DNA of 61,904 bases from Octopus bimaculoides (taxonomy: Eukaryota), in contig NC_068985.1 of assembly GCF_001194135.2 (NCBI RefSeq), positions 100,148,899 through 100,210,802 of the forward strand, written 5' to 3'. Shown in pieces: positions 26,984-40,509 of the stretch. Each line of letters opens with the position of its first letter. Positions within the stretch are counted from its first letter, which is position 1. A program made the position numbers and the translations under genes. The notes beneath the pieces were generated by a model, which worked only from the letters and a program-made list of their open reading frames with translations, did not search any database and had not been told where the DNA came from.

Positions 26984-28382
26984 TATTTGTTCCAGGTACC
27001 TTAGAGCTTTAATCTCTGAAGAAGCATTCAAAACGTCTGTCATGCATGCGTGTATGTATACCATTTTATACATATGGATATATGACTTTATGTCATCTAC
27101 TTTATCAGGAATGTATTTTTTATATAATTTTGGAATGTCCGAATACTGTATTGAAATAAAAATCTATTTACTGTATCATGTTTTGCCTCCTACAATTTCT
27201 TCGTTCCTCAATATCTGTATTATATGCTATACCCAACCTAAGTAAGTTTAATGCAGATTTTGGATGCGTGTCGGTCCATGCAAATATGTCAGTGGATGTG
27301 AATATATAAGTAGATGAAAATATTTGAATATATTGTGCATCATTTCTTCATTTAAGCCATTCTTAAGGTCTTATTTTGTGTTAGCGTATATGTACATATA
27401 GAAGCAATCTTTCATCCCTCCTCTCTCACACACATGCACACTCACACAAAATACACACATATACACACACTCGCACATACACCCTCGCGCACGCACACAC
27501 AAACATATGCGAGTATGTGCTTACAAATCTTTGTGGATTTGAGACTATGTGTATGTATATATATCGACGACACAACACTGGAGATTGGTTAGGATATTCG
27601 CTTTGATATCCCGAACCACCGCGTGAAGTTTTATTGCATGACATCTTGGGGAGCAATTATGAATTATACGAACATCGAGAGAGGCACATCTTTTGAGTGA
27701 AATAACTCGGAAACCCTATCGGAGAGATTGTAAATTATAGGATAGTAACTAACACTACCAACCTTAGCTCACACTCTCCATACTCATTTTACATTACGAT
27801 GATATTAATGATGCATCATTTTAGAACACTATGTTATTTAGCAGGAATTTCGGTTGATTCAGTAATGGAAAGTTCATCGCCGAAACCAACGAAAATCCTT
27901 TTATTTTAGCTACGAATAAACATGAATGGAATTATAAACACGAATGAAATTATATTGCAGTACTTACTGTATGTTAATATAAGTGAATATATGCAAATAA
28001 TATGTAATGCATTTGTGCATACATATATTAGCTGAATTTCACATTCATAAACAAAACAAAAAACAGCATCAATGAGTAGACGTTGAAAAAGCAAGTTTGT
28101 TAATTCTCACACAAATATATTGGAATTAACACATTGTCTAGTCATAGGCATATAATCACAAAATAACGGTGGTAATTTTTTTTAAGAGTTAACATATTCA
28201 CAACTATGATACTAGTCTGAAACTTTCAGAGTGAACGAGGTCAAAGGACTCGGAAATTTCGAAAAACATGTCTGTACCGGTCATACGGAATACATTAAAA
28301 AATTCAGAAGGCAATGCATACTCACAAGCACACACACAAAAACAACCAAATATATAAACATATGTACTCATTCATATCTATC

Positions 28383-28449
<67 letters not shown>

Positions 28450-28460
28450 TTATCTATCTA

Positions 28461-28522
<62 letters not shown>

Positions 28523-28614
28523 TATATATGTGTGTGTGTGTGTGTGTGTATGCATATATCCATACATATATGTACATACCTACATCTATATATATACATA
28601 CATGCATATATGTG

Positions 28615-28825
28615 TACAGGACATCACAAAAAACGTTAAACACAATGAGAAACGGAAACATAAAGACGAAGACAGAAAACGAACTTTTTTTCGAACAGCG
28701 AAAAACAAAAGCAAACAGAGAAAAGAGACATGCAACATAAAGAATATTTCCCTTCATCAGTTGTCTCTGTTCTATCTACTCCGCGTTTCGAAGGCAAGGA
28801 CAGGCCTTCGAAACGCGGAGTAGAT
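28615..28825 (-). mobile_element. Possible Penelope-type terminal fragment ending in a perfect hairpin
   Basis: The minus strand has cgaaacgcg and ctgatgaagg motifs typical of PLE termini. 28774-28795 and 28804-28825 are exact reverse complements. Confidence 0.45.
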
Positions 28826-30039
28826 GGTCAGCTAGATTTCTTAATACTGATAGCATCACTTGAAAAAAAGAGTCAATATCCATATTTCTTCCTTGTAAAT
28901 TGAAACAAACGGAACAAATTTGAGCCCTCCTTCTACACATTGGAAGTGAAAATGTGGTTCATCAATTATTCCATTAACTGGATGATCTATAATGCGTAAA
29001 GGTCGCCTATCCGGGGAGGGCTCAATGGACCCTAGCACCTACTTAAATGTTGAAAGCGAAACTTTCAGACAAAGAAGCACATACCACCTACGAAGAAGTA
29101 CAGCCCTAGGGTATTGTGTTCAAATAAAATAAATGAGATTCTATAGAATTTTTTATTACTTCTGTTATTATTATGTGTTCTATCAGTGTTATCGATCATA
29201 TCAATATTTATATATAGCTCAAGGCGTCTCTGCGTGTGTGTGTGTGCGCGCGTGTGTGTATATGCGCGTGTGTAAATATACGTGTGGGGCGTGCTTGTAT
29301 TTGAATTACGTCTGCGTATGCAATGTGTGTATATGTGTGTAGTGCATATACAGAGAGAGTTAACAGATGAGATTGAGAGAGTATCTACATAGAAAACCCT
29401 TTTTAGTGTTCAAAAGAGTTAGACTTAGACGCCAAAATCGTTACCTAGGGCCAAGTCAGCGGGGTAAAGAATAGCTAAAAAGAGAATCCAAGTGAGCAGA
29501 TATGGAGGTAAACACTGCACAAATTTATTCACATAGACAATTTACACAATCATGCATCTATACTCTATGTTCCACTTAGTAAAATTCATAATGTTTCCTT
29601 ATATAACGAAGGTGCGTATGTGTAGATATGCATGAAAGGGACGTTCTGTACCTCTTCATTATACACTGAGGGTAGAACTCCCTTTACGATTTCAAAAATT
29701 TCTATTATTTCCCTTTCGGTTTTCACATCTTCATCTTAACTTGTTTAATAGTTGCTATATTTTCTATAATTTCCCGTCTACAATTTTCGCCAAGGCATAT
29801 TTTTCTCACCACTCTAGCCCTTTATCTATGCGCTTCGTCTCTATACAACATCAGCGCCGCCCTTCCCTCCTTCCATTAATATGCTTTCATACAGCTTTTT
29901 TCAGCACTTTTTGTACATCCGTCCTCCATATTTATGCATGTACACTCACATTTTCACCTTTCTATACCTTTTATTTTCCGTTTTCTTTTCTTCTTTCTCT
30001 CACGCTACACTCCCGCCTCACTCTCCCTCCCTCCTTCCC

Positions 30040-30099
<60 letters not shown>

Positions 30100-31503
30100 A
30101 TCTCTCTATCTATCTATCTATTAATATTTCTATCTATGTAATATGTAATGCATAAAACATGATTCACCAGTATATTTGTATATACTGTATGTGTGTTTTA
30201 ACACGTACTTCATATGTATAAATATGTATATGCATTTTTATATGTACGATTTCCTATATATTCTTTATATGCTATTTCTATACTCTTTTTCTTAAGCTGC
30301 TACATGTACTTGTTTGGTATGAATGGTTCAATACAATTTCCCTGCGTTTAGATGCTCCTACGCATACTAGCGTTTATGTCAATGAATATTTATGTGTTCA
30401 ACTTCCAATGTATGCTCTTCAACCAGTAAGCATTAAAAATAACCATAAGATACAAAGATATGTTACACGAATATTTACTAAGTACGGAATAGTTGAAAAC
30501 ATGATTAAAAATTGCATAAATCAAAACACAAATTGCACCTCTCCAAATTATCCAGAAATGTTTGCTAATATATTAGAAAAAACTTGAATTAAAAAGATAT
30601 CTTTCTCAATTACAAACCCCAAATATATAAACTTGAGACGTAATGACTGAAGCCGACATATAATTTAAATGTAACTAAAACTTCTTTAATTTGTGGTAAA
30701 TCCTCTTTTACTAGCCATCGCTATGAAACTATATGTATTTGCTTCAGGAAGAAATTAGAAAATGCTCGGCTTCACCACGTAAGAAAACCACAGTCATATT
30801 ATTCTTAGACAAAACAAGTTTACTATATAAACTTCCGCAATTTTACATCAATTCACAAGATTACACGTCTCAAGGTACAAGCGATAATTCAAGGCTGACG
30901 TTAATATACTGCTGGAAATGTTTAAAGGTCTTAATAAATTTGAGTAATAACTTCCACCAAAAACATTGTGACTAACTGTAAAATGAAATAGTGACGTACG
31001 TTATTAACGGTTACCTAACAGAAATAAGATTGTGCAGGGTGACTCGAATAAAAAGGTATGCGCTCTAAGTGCTCAAATTGCTATTCCACTAAAATTCCGA
31101 TTTGAAGTGCTGTTGGAAATGTTATTTTCTGATTGCTTTTCTAAAGCGGTTAGCTGTTGCTTTCCGTTGAGCCGTTAGGTATATTTTGAAGCAGAAAAGA
31201 AATGGTACGTTCTTTGCCAAGAGTTGAAATGGTCATTTAATTTACCTTATACAATGATAATATATATGGATGTGAGTGGTGGGGGATGTATGTATTAGTA
31301 TTAATGGTTGCTTCTATATTCAGTTATATTACAGACGTTTTACATAAATCTGTGTTACTTTATATTTTTGTACAGTACGAACTTATTACTCTTAACCCCC
31401 CCCCCCCAAAAAAAAACCTTTTGTTGACAGTGAATTCCGAGGTGCAACCACCAGACCGAGGATTGCTTAGCTCATCGAAACTTCGATACGCATACATATA
31501 TAT

Positions 31504-32430
31504 CAGGGTGAGAAAAAAAATTAAGCAACATTTTGAAACATGAAATTCATCACAATATATTTCAACAATGCGAAAGTTTTATTCATCAAAGTAACTACCA
31601 TTACAATCAGCACATTTTTGCCAACGAGTTACAAGTTTGTTTATTCCAGTAACACAAAAGTTTGGATTTCTGGAGTTGATGTACTCTTTGAACGCACTTT
31701 CAGCATTAGCCTGATTTTTTTAACTCCTTCTTTCGTAGGAAACCATCAAAGTGCTTGAAAAAGTAGTAGTCGATAGGAGAAAGGTCTGGCGAATAAGCTG
31801 AATGGGTAAGAACCTCGTAGCCAAGTTCCCTCAACTTCTAGAATGTCATTAGTGAAAGGTGTGGTCGAGCATTTTTATGAAGAATAATTGGTCCTCTTCT
31901 GTTGACCAGTCTTGGACGGAGGAGTATCACATTTTAGTTCGTTTTGGCAATTTCACGAAAATATGTTTCTGCAGTAATGGTTTCTCTGGGTGTTAAGAAG
32001 TTATAGTGGATGAGTCCAGCAGTACACCACCAAGCAGTCACCATAACCTTCTTTTTGAAGTGCTCGGGTTTAGTGAAGGTTTTCGGTACTTCATTTTGGT
32101 CCAGCCACCATGAAGAACGTTTGTTTTATTATTGTACAGAATCCACTTTTCATAGCAAGTTACAATACGATCGAGAAATGTATCGGTCTGATTACGGAGA
32201 GGTAACGCCGAGCAAATTCTATACCAACGCATTTTCTGATTTTATTTAAATTGTGAGATACACATTTGTGGAGTTTTTTGATTTTCTGAATGCCTGCAAA
32301 TGACCACAGGCAGTTTTCTGGCTAACTTGAAGTTCTTTTGCCAGTTCCTGAGTGGGAGTACATGGATCTTTTTTCACAAGTCACGCCCTTGTTATAATTC
32401 ACATCGGTTGTGAAGTGATTGTGTAGGGAC
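31504..32430 (-). mobile_element. 5'-truncated mariner transposon remnant
   Basis: Minus frames give QELAKELQVS, DRIVTCYEKWILYNN, KKVMVTAWW..GLIHYNF, LHKNARPH, HSAYSPDLSPIDYYFF and RWQKCADCNGSYFDE* (stop 31579-31581). The end abuts TA at 31502-31503. Confidence 0.9.
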
Positions 32431-33003
32431 AAACACAGACACAAACAACAAATACAGACAACCATATATATATATATATATATANNNNNNNNNNNNNNNN
32501 NNNNNNNNNNNNNNNNNNNNNNNNNNNNNNNNNNNNNNNNNNNNNNNNNNNNNNNNNNNNNNNNNNNNNNNNNNNNNNNNNNNNNNNNNNNNNNNNNNNN
32601 NNNNNNNNNNNNNNNNNNNNNNNNNNNNNNNNNNNNNNNNNNNNNNNNNNNNNNNNNNNNNNNNNNNNNNNNNNNNNNNNNNNNNNNNNNNNNNNNNNNN
32701 NNNNNNNNNNNNNNNNNNNNNNNNNNNNNNNNNNNNNNNNNNNNNNNNNNNNNNNNNNNNNNNNNNNNNNNNNNNNNNNNNNNNNNNNNNNNNNNNNNNN
32801 NNNNNNNNNNNNNNNNNNNNNNNNNNNNNNNNNNNNNNNNNNNNNNNNNNNNNNNNNNNNNNNNNNNNNNNNNNNNNNNNNNNNNNNNNNNNNNNNNNNN
32901 NNNNNNNNNNNNNNNNNNNNNNNNNNNNNNNNNNNNNNNNNNNNNNNNNNNNNNNNNNNNNNNNNNNNNNNNNNNNNNNNNNNNNNNNNNNNNNNNNNNN
33001 NNN

Positions 33004-33034
<31 letters not shown>

Positions 33035-33073
33035 TATATATAATATATATATATGCTTGTGTGCGTTTATGTG

Positions 33074-33104
<31 letters not shown>

Positions 33105-33354
33105 ATTAATACATACATAAATACACACCTACATACATACTTACATCCATATATGCATGCACTTTATGTACACATCTGTTTGTATGAGTAGATTTTGTCT
33201 ATCTGCACAAATATCACACATTTCTGGTTCACTTTCCATTGTATTAAAGAGATTTGAAATTCATGCACTGCAATTACCTGACATTAACGGAAATTTGTAG
33301 ACCATTCCAAGGAAATTCACGACAACATTTTAGATGTATATTTCGTTTTATTAG

Positions 33355-33520
<166 letters not shown>

Positions 33521-34043
33521 CAGCTGAATTTCAAACATATTCCAGTACGAAAGTCTAGGTGTCTCAGCAAATTCTACTGTATTCTCATTTAATAATATAT
33601 ATATATATAAATATATATATATGCGTGGGGGTGTATAAATAGATACACACTCACACAAACACAGACACACACACATATAAACACACAGACACACACACAC
33701 ATATATATAATGTATGGCTTTCATGTTTAACTACCAGATTCACTGAGACAAGATTTTCACATTCCGTCCTAAGATTTCTTTTGATATTCGGACTTCCGCT
33801 TCAATCTTAATATAAAGTTTTCAATATCGCTTTGCTACCACTTGCTGACACATTCGTGCTTCTCTGCTAGATGTTAGATATTAGCCTATGTCATTTCTTA
33901 TTTGCCTACAAATGAAGCCAGTTCTCTAGTATATACCGTGATTATTTCTGCTTTGTATCACTAGTAATACATACATACATGCATAGACACAAACGCAAGT
34001 ACACACGCACGCACACATATATACATATATATACATATACACG

Positions 34044-34108
<65 letters not shown>

Positions 34109-34492
34109 NNNNNNNNNNNNNNNNNNNNNNNNNNNNNNNNNNNNNNNNNNNNNNNNNNNNNNNNNNNNNNNNNNNNNNNNNNNNNNNNNNNNNNNNNNNN
34201 NNNNNNNNNNNNNNNNNNNNNNNNNNNNNNNNNNNNNNNNNNNNNNNNNNNNNNNNNNNNNNNNNNNNNNNNNNNNNNNNNNNNNNNNNNNNNNNNNNNN
34301 NNNNNNNNNNNNNNNNNNNNNNNNNNNNNNNNNNNNNNNNNNNNNNNNNNNNNNNNNNNNNNNNNNNNNNNNNNNNNNNNNNNNNNNNNNNNNNNNNNNN
34401 NNNNNNNNNNNNNNNNNNNNNNNNNNNNNNNNNNNNNNNNNNNNNNNNNNNNNNNNNNNNNNNNNNNNNNNNNNNNNNNNNNNNNNNNNNNN

Positions 34493-34541
<49 letters not shown>

Positions 34542-34549
34542 GCGTGTGT

Positions 34550-34745
34550 GTATGTGTTTTTCCCCACCCCCAACATCGCTTGACACCCAATGCTGGTGTA
34601 TTTACGTCCCCGTAATCTAGCGGTTCGGTAAAGTAACCGATGGAATAAGTACTAGGTTTTCAAAGAATAAATCCTTGGATCGATTTGCTTGACTAAAGGT
34701 GGTACTCCAGCATGGTTGCAGTCAAATGTCTAAAACAAGTAATAC
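34550..34745 (+). mobile_element. SINE 3' half (family C)
   Basis: cgcttgacacc..tttacgtccccgtaatctagcggttcgg..aataagtactagg..ctccagcatggttgcagtcaaatg..aaacaagtaa; homologous to the minus-strand copies at 48.2-48.76 and 57.1 kb. Confidence 0.8.
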
Positions 34746-34784
34746 AATAAATGAATATGTATATATTTACATAATATACATACA

Positions 34785-34993
34785 ATTTAAAATTATAATT
34801 AAGGGTATCTAAGATACCACCATGCTAGATATAGCAGTCAAACCTTGATTGTAAAACCACATTAAATGTTCATACACCACCAGGAGAGATGACAAAAAGA
34901 CAAAATAAACTAGCAAAAAATTATTGGTAATTTCAGATCCCGGATATCTTGCATGGTGGTATCTCTTAGATACCCTTAATTATAATTCTAAAA
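34785..34993. mobile_element. Small MITE with ~45-bp TIRs
   Basis: ttataattaagggtatctaagataccaccatgctagatat matches the reverse complement of gatatcttgcatggtggtatctcttagatacccttaattataa. Confidence 0.75.
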
Positions 34994-35089
34994 GTAATTA
35001 TTACCTATGAGGGTTTTATCCCCATGCTAGCCATTTGATATGATCGGTATTTTAAATAACAATCTTATCTTTATTTGTATAAATATATA

Positions 35090-35965
35090 TACATATATAT
35101 ATATATATGTGCGTGTGTATGTGTGTACGGTACTAAGTGTACAGTTCAATAGACTGTTGATAATTCGTATATCCATGTAAATTTGGGGCAGTTTAATATC
35201 GCTAATACGTCATTAATTTATATAATGAGAGGTGTTTACTTCTTAGAGCCTGCATATTTTGTATGCGTAATAGTACATATAAGATTTCCTTCCGAATTGC
35301 ACGATAGTTCTCTTACTATCGTTTTAAACTTACTTCTGTTATTGTAAGCCTGGATTATCTTGCGNNNNNNNNNNNNNNNNNNNNNNNNNNNNNNNNNNNN
35401 NNNNNNNNNNNNNNNNNNNNNNNNNNNNNNNNNNNNNNNNNNNNNNNNNNNNNNNNNNNNNNNNNNNNNNNNNNNNNNNNNNNNNNNNNNNNNNNNNNNN
35501 NNNNNNNNNNNNNNNNNNNNNNNNNNNNNNNNNNNNNNNNNNNNNNNNNNNNNNNNNNNNNNNNNNNNNNNNNNNNNNNNNNNNNNNNNNNNNNNNNNNN
35601 NNNNNNNNNNNNNNNNNNNNNNNNNNNNNNNNNNNNNNNNNNNNNNNNNNNNNNNNNNNNNNNNNNNNNNNNNNNNNNNNNNNNNNNNNNNNNNNNNNNN
35701 NNNNNNNNNNNNNNNNNNNNNNNNNNNNNNNNNNNNNNNNNNNNNNNNNNNNNNNNNNNNNNNNNNNNNNNNNNNNNNNNNNNNNNNNNNNNNNNNNNNN
35801 NNNNNNNNNNNNNNNNNNNNNNNNNNNNNNNNNNNNNNNNNNNNNNNNNNNNNNNNNNNNNNNNNNNNNNNNNNNNNNNNNNNNNNNNNNNNNNNNNNNN
35901 NNNNNNNNNNNNNNNNNNNNNNNNNNNNNNNNNNNNNNNNNNNNNNNNNNNNNNNNNNNNNNATC

Positions 35966-36007
<42 letters not shown>

Positions 36008-36303
36008 TAAATATACCTATATTACATATACATATATATATATATATGTGCGTGTGTATGTGTGTACGGTACTAAGTGTACAGTTCAATAGACTGTTGAT
36101 AATTCGTATATCCATGTAAATTTGGGGCAGTTTAATATCGCTAATACGTCATTAATTTATATAATGAGAGGTGTTTACTTCTTAGAGCCTGCATATTTTG
36201 TATGCGTAATAGTACATATAAGATTTCCTTCCGAATTGCACGATAGTTCTCTTACTATCGTTTTAAACTTACTTCTGTTATTGTAAGCCTGGATTATCTT
36301 GCG
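35090..36303 (+). repeat. ~275-bp exact direct duplication flanking an N-gap (35090-35364 and ~36029-36303)
   Basis: The copies appear identical; probably an uncollapsed contig overlap. Confidence 0.85.
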
Positions 36304-38013
36304 GTTATGTCTGTAACGCAATATTGTATGTGTATCATAGCAGAGAAGATGTTTTATATCATATTGGTCCTAAGGTAATGTTTTAATATTTTCCTATTCA
36401 GCTAAAGTTATTCGAATCTAGGTTTGACAGGTTTATAACAATCATTTGTGGAGAAATATCATTTTTCGCTTTATCGCAACATTTCGTATGTCTTTCCGGA
36501 AGTTGCCTGACAGAGTTAATTTATTTGTGAAGAAAGCTTTTGAAACGATTAAGTACCCAATTCTGATTTATTTCTGTTTCAGACGTTTTTCATGATTGCT
36601 GGCTTGACTCAGTTGTATATCGTGAGATTATTTCTCCTTTTCCTGCTTCGGGATTTATTTTTATTTGATTCCTTGTGAATCGCGTTGTTCTCACACTTAG
36701 TAAAATGACAAATAGAGAAACGCCATATCAAATAGATACAATAATTTCTAATCTCACCCAGCTTATCAGATCTTAACTATTTGCTATTTCTATGTATGAT
36801 AGCGTGTTTTCTCAAGGAGAATGAGATGAAAACGAACAAAAATTGTTCGAGAAAGTTCTACCTTAGCCAAGTGATAAAGGTATCAACAATTTTGCAAAGA
36901 TTAATTTTAGTGAAATAAAGTTAAACGAAAACAGTTTAGTTTAAACAGCATTTCATAATATAGCAAGGTAGTTTTTAAAATGTTATTTTATTATTGCGTT
37001 GACGCGTAATCACGGAGATGTGAGTTCGAGTCCCACAGCTAACCACCTACATTTTTTTCTGCAAAATAGGTGTAGTTTATCCTGTTCAGGCTATAGTATT
37101 AGCATTATCCTGCGATTGAGAATTTAAACATCACTTCTTTAACTTTAATACGAACATATATATACTGCTTAAATTCTTCTGCTCTTCTGTTTTATCTATA
37201 ATATATACTCCGTGTTTTAATCAATATTGCAATTATATACTTTGTTCAAATCACACCGTTGTCGACATTGCCTTTAAAAATTCCGAAACAGATTACAACT
37301 ACCAGCTACGTGTTGTGTTCTTGTGATAACGCATTGTCTTAGTAAAAGGAGAATCTCGACCCTTCGATGCTCTAAAGGTCAACCCCGAAAATATATCGTG
37401 TAGGAAATGACCAAGTAGCCTCCTTTACATGTTGCTGTAACTGCAACTAGCATTTAACTTTTTACACAACTTGATGATTCTGTGACCTATTTTTTATGGT
37501 ATGTGATATACAGAACATATTTCCCTGGCGTCTTTGCGTTATATATGATACATATTCTCAATTCATTTTAAACGATATGAGTAACAGGAGACTTTAGAAG
37601 GGAAAGCTTTATATTGCTTAAGAAACACAAAAGCTAATTAAACTTTAAAAACATACATCGACGTTTAGGACAAACTTATAAAAATGCTTTGTGCAGGCAG
37701 AGGGTTAAGTCGTTTTTTTTTCTACGCCGTGAATCGATATATCTTTATTTTTATATTGGGAATATCTTCAATTAAAGTAGTTTCCGTTTTATACATTATT
37801 GCTTGTGGCTGTTATAATTATTATACGTATGGTCAAACTTTGCATTTGGTAGAAGCATCGTCGATTTCCGCAGTTGAACGGTAACAAGAATTATTAGTAT
37901 TGCACTACTGTTCATTGGAGATATTTCATTATCAGTGGAGTGGTTTCCTTATTGGTGAGAATGAATTTATAAGTCATATTGTATAGCAGTTTCTGTCTGT
38001 ATTTTATTGTTGA

Positions 38014-38269
38014 TGTTGTGTCGACGCCCTCAGGCGAAGAAGTAGGATCTCCCAAAACATATAAATAGAGGTAATCTGGCCGTTGTAGGTGTGTTGAGTA
38101 GTAGGTGTGTCGAGTAGTAGTTGTGTAGCTGTTGAGTAGAGATCATCCGAAGGTGCTAGATAGCAGTAGCTTGAGACATAACAGTGGCGACGAGGATGTG
38201 ATAGCACCAAAAATGGAGGAGTTACTGAAAGCAGTAGTGAAACAACAAGAGTATCTTTGAGACATAACA
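38014..38269 (+). mobile_element. Collapsed Ty3/Gypsy LTR element: LTR, PBS, gag start and 3' LTR tip
   Basis: 170-bp LTR (38014-38183) with tgttgtgtc...gacataaca inverted termini and an internal tataaata. PBS tggcgacgagg at 38185-38195, MEELLKAVVKQQEYL from ATG 38213, second ttgagacataaca at 38257-38269. Flanks gttga/attga form a putative 5-bp TSD. Confidence 0.75.
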
Positions 38270-39425
38270 ATTGACTCTGATTAGCATATTGTAAACTCTC
38301 TTTTTGTAAATTGGTTTCGATGTCTCTGGTACAGTATGGCAATGCGCTGCCGAATATTTCCTTGTTCAACGAAAGTATGGATATTCTGCTGTGAATTTTA
38401 TTCACAAGGTTTTGATTATAACATTTCGCCCGAATGAGATTTATAAATATACTGTAGTTACTAGGCATAATTTCTAAATGGCTTTGAAGTTCGACGGTTA
38501 GAAACGAAGTATTGTGTTAGATCTCTACTGCAGCGAGTTTGGGTGCGATGTTTAATTTACGTATGAAGATGTTATCAGTGTTGGTATTTTTGAATCTATA
38601 TCCATTGTACGTGGCCCGTTCATTTCTAATCCGCCATTAATATGTAATCGAAGTCCATCGATTAAAAAAAACTATCTCGGTGAATCAGAATAAAGTGAAT
38701 AGGATTTAATTTCCTGTTTTCTTTATATTTCTGCGCTATGGTGAGCACACATCTTCTCGTCAAGTATGCATTCTAGAATGGATTTGCTGTTATCGGTAGA
38801 TATCTTTGCACGTGGAGTGAAGTCACTATAGTTCTGACTTCGTCGTGTTTTAGTTTTTATGGAAATTCAATGCAAGAATGTGTATTAAATTGTGGAGTTA
38901 GTATTTATGCAGTGTACATGTCTGTTATATCAACGAAATTGGTTCTGTTCTTATTACAAATAATGATAAACCTATTTCATTACTGTTACTGTGTGACTAT
39001 TTTTCAATAGTTTGAAGCGAGTCTTTTTCTATATACATTACCAATCATGTATGAGATGCATAGTTCCTTGCGTTGAGTTCTTCTCTTGACGAAAACATAC
39101 GTATTTCTCTTTATGCAAACCTAGTAAAAGTGAGAAATTGATTTCTAGGCATAACTGTTAATGTACAGACATTTTATAGAACACAAATACTGATGAAGTA
39201 AAATACTGATAGACACATACGAACCTGTAGGCATATATACTATATATACACTATATAAATAAATATTATAAATATGTATGTATATGCGTGTGCGTGTGAA
39301 TGCACGTACATATATTGTATATATTTTAATGTTAGCTTATGTATTCAATCATGACAAAAAATCCTACATTCATCAGTCATTCTTCTAATTTTTTTAAAAT
39401 ACTAAATTAATATATTCTGTTTGAA

Positions 39426-40285
39426 AGAGGTGAGTTCAACAAGTATACGATTTTATTTTTTCCTGCCGAAAATAATGCCGCATGAGCAAATTCCTTTCTG
39501 TAGGAAGTCTTTCCACCATTTCTGCAAATGCATCAAAATTTTCGAGCCAGACGTCACTACAGTTTCCATCTGTTTCACCTCGAGTACAGACATATAGTCT
39601 GTGCTTGTCAGATATTCTGTCACCAGGCGCATCGAGCAGAGACTTTGCATCAAGTTTTGTAAAAAGCTTGGCGCTACTCAAACCAAAACCATCCTGAAGA
39701 TTCATAACACCTTTGGCGATGATACCATGGGCAAAAATCAAACGAAATTGTTGTACAACCAATTCAAACATGGCGGTACTTCTGTGGTGAGCGACGCACG
39801 CTCAAGCAGATCATCCACAGGCCGAAACGAGGAGAGGTTTTGGCGAATTGTCATGGAAAACCGTCGTATAAGAATCTAGGAGATTGCTCCCCAAATGGGA
39901 ATCACAAGCTCAGTGCTTTCTTTCAAACGGGGTATTTGAGCATGAGAAGAATTGTAAAGGGATTCGTCCTGAAGATGCTAGCGGAGCATCAGAAGCAATT
40001 CTGGTTGGTAATCTCTCAGGACGCGCTGGACTGTGAAAACCATGATCCAAAATTCTTGAAGACAATCATTACTGGTGATGAGATATGGTATTTGCTCGAT
40101 GCATTCGGTCATCTTTCGTGTAAACGGAAATCTGACGAGCGCGTAAGACGCGTTTCTACTCTAGCCGCGAAAATGTTCGTGCACGCGTCGAAAAATTAGT
40201 GTCACCTCTCACCGAAAGCAATTTTCCCACGCGTGATTTGTTTTAACAGCACGAAATAAGTTGGATGCATTTTGAACTCACCTCG
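39426..40285 (+). mobile_element. Non-autonomous mariner derivative with an inverted second 5' end
   Basis: gaggtgagttcaa termini in inverted orientation. The + strand gives IEQRLCIKFCKKLG..FKHGGTSVVSDARS..ENRRIRI..MRRIVKGFVLKML..DPKFLKTIITGDEIWY. The minus strand of the right arm reads 5'UTR plus MTECIEQ. Confidence 0.9.
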
Positions 40286-40476
40286 GATATGCATATATGT
40301 ATGTAAATATATAAATATATACACACATACATATATGCGTATACCCATACATACATACATACATACATACATACATACATACATGCATACGTACATACAT
40401 TCATACATACATGAGGTAAGTCGACTTTAAGCGAATAAAACAACCCTGAAATATCTCCCCGTCGCTACTAACAACA

Positions 40477-40509
<33 letters not shown>

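Noticed and set aside
28231-28823. Two 169-aa ORFs
   Set aside because: They run through (TATC)n, (TC)n, (TA)n and (TG)n repeats.
30748-30778. 31-nt plus-strand micro-exon (ttcag|...cac|gtaaga)
   Set aside because: The splice motifs are good but isolated; expected by chance in 60 kb of AT-rich DNA.
35090-36303. Biological tandem duplication of ~275 bp
   Set aside because: The copies are apparently identical and directly flank a gap, typical of an unmerged contig overlap.
36995-37052. tRNA gene (gagttcgagtccc B-box, 3' acca)
   Set aside because: No D-arm/A-box or acceptor stem can be built; at best a decayed SINE head.
38004-38468. 154-aa minus-strand ORF as a gene
   Set aside because: It lies antisense across an LTR/PBS remnant and has no recognisable domain; most likely a chance open frame.
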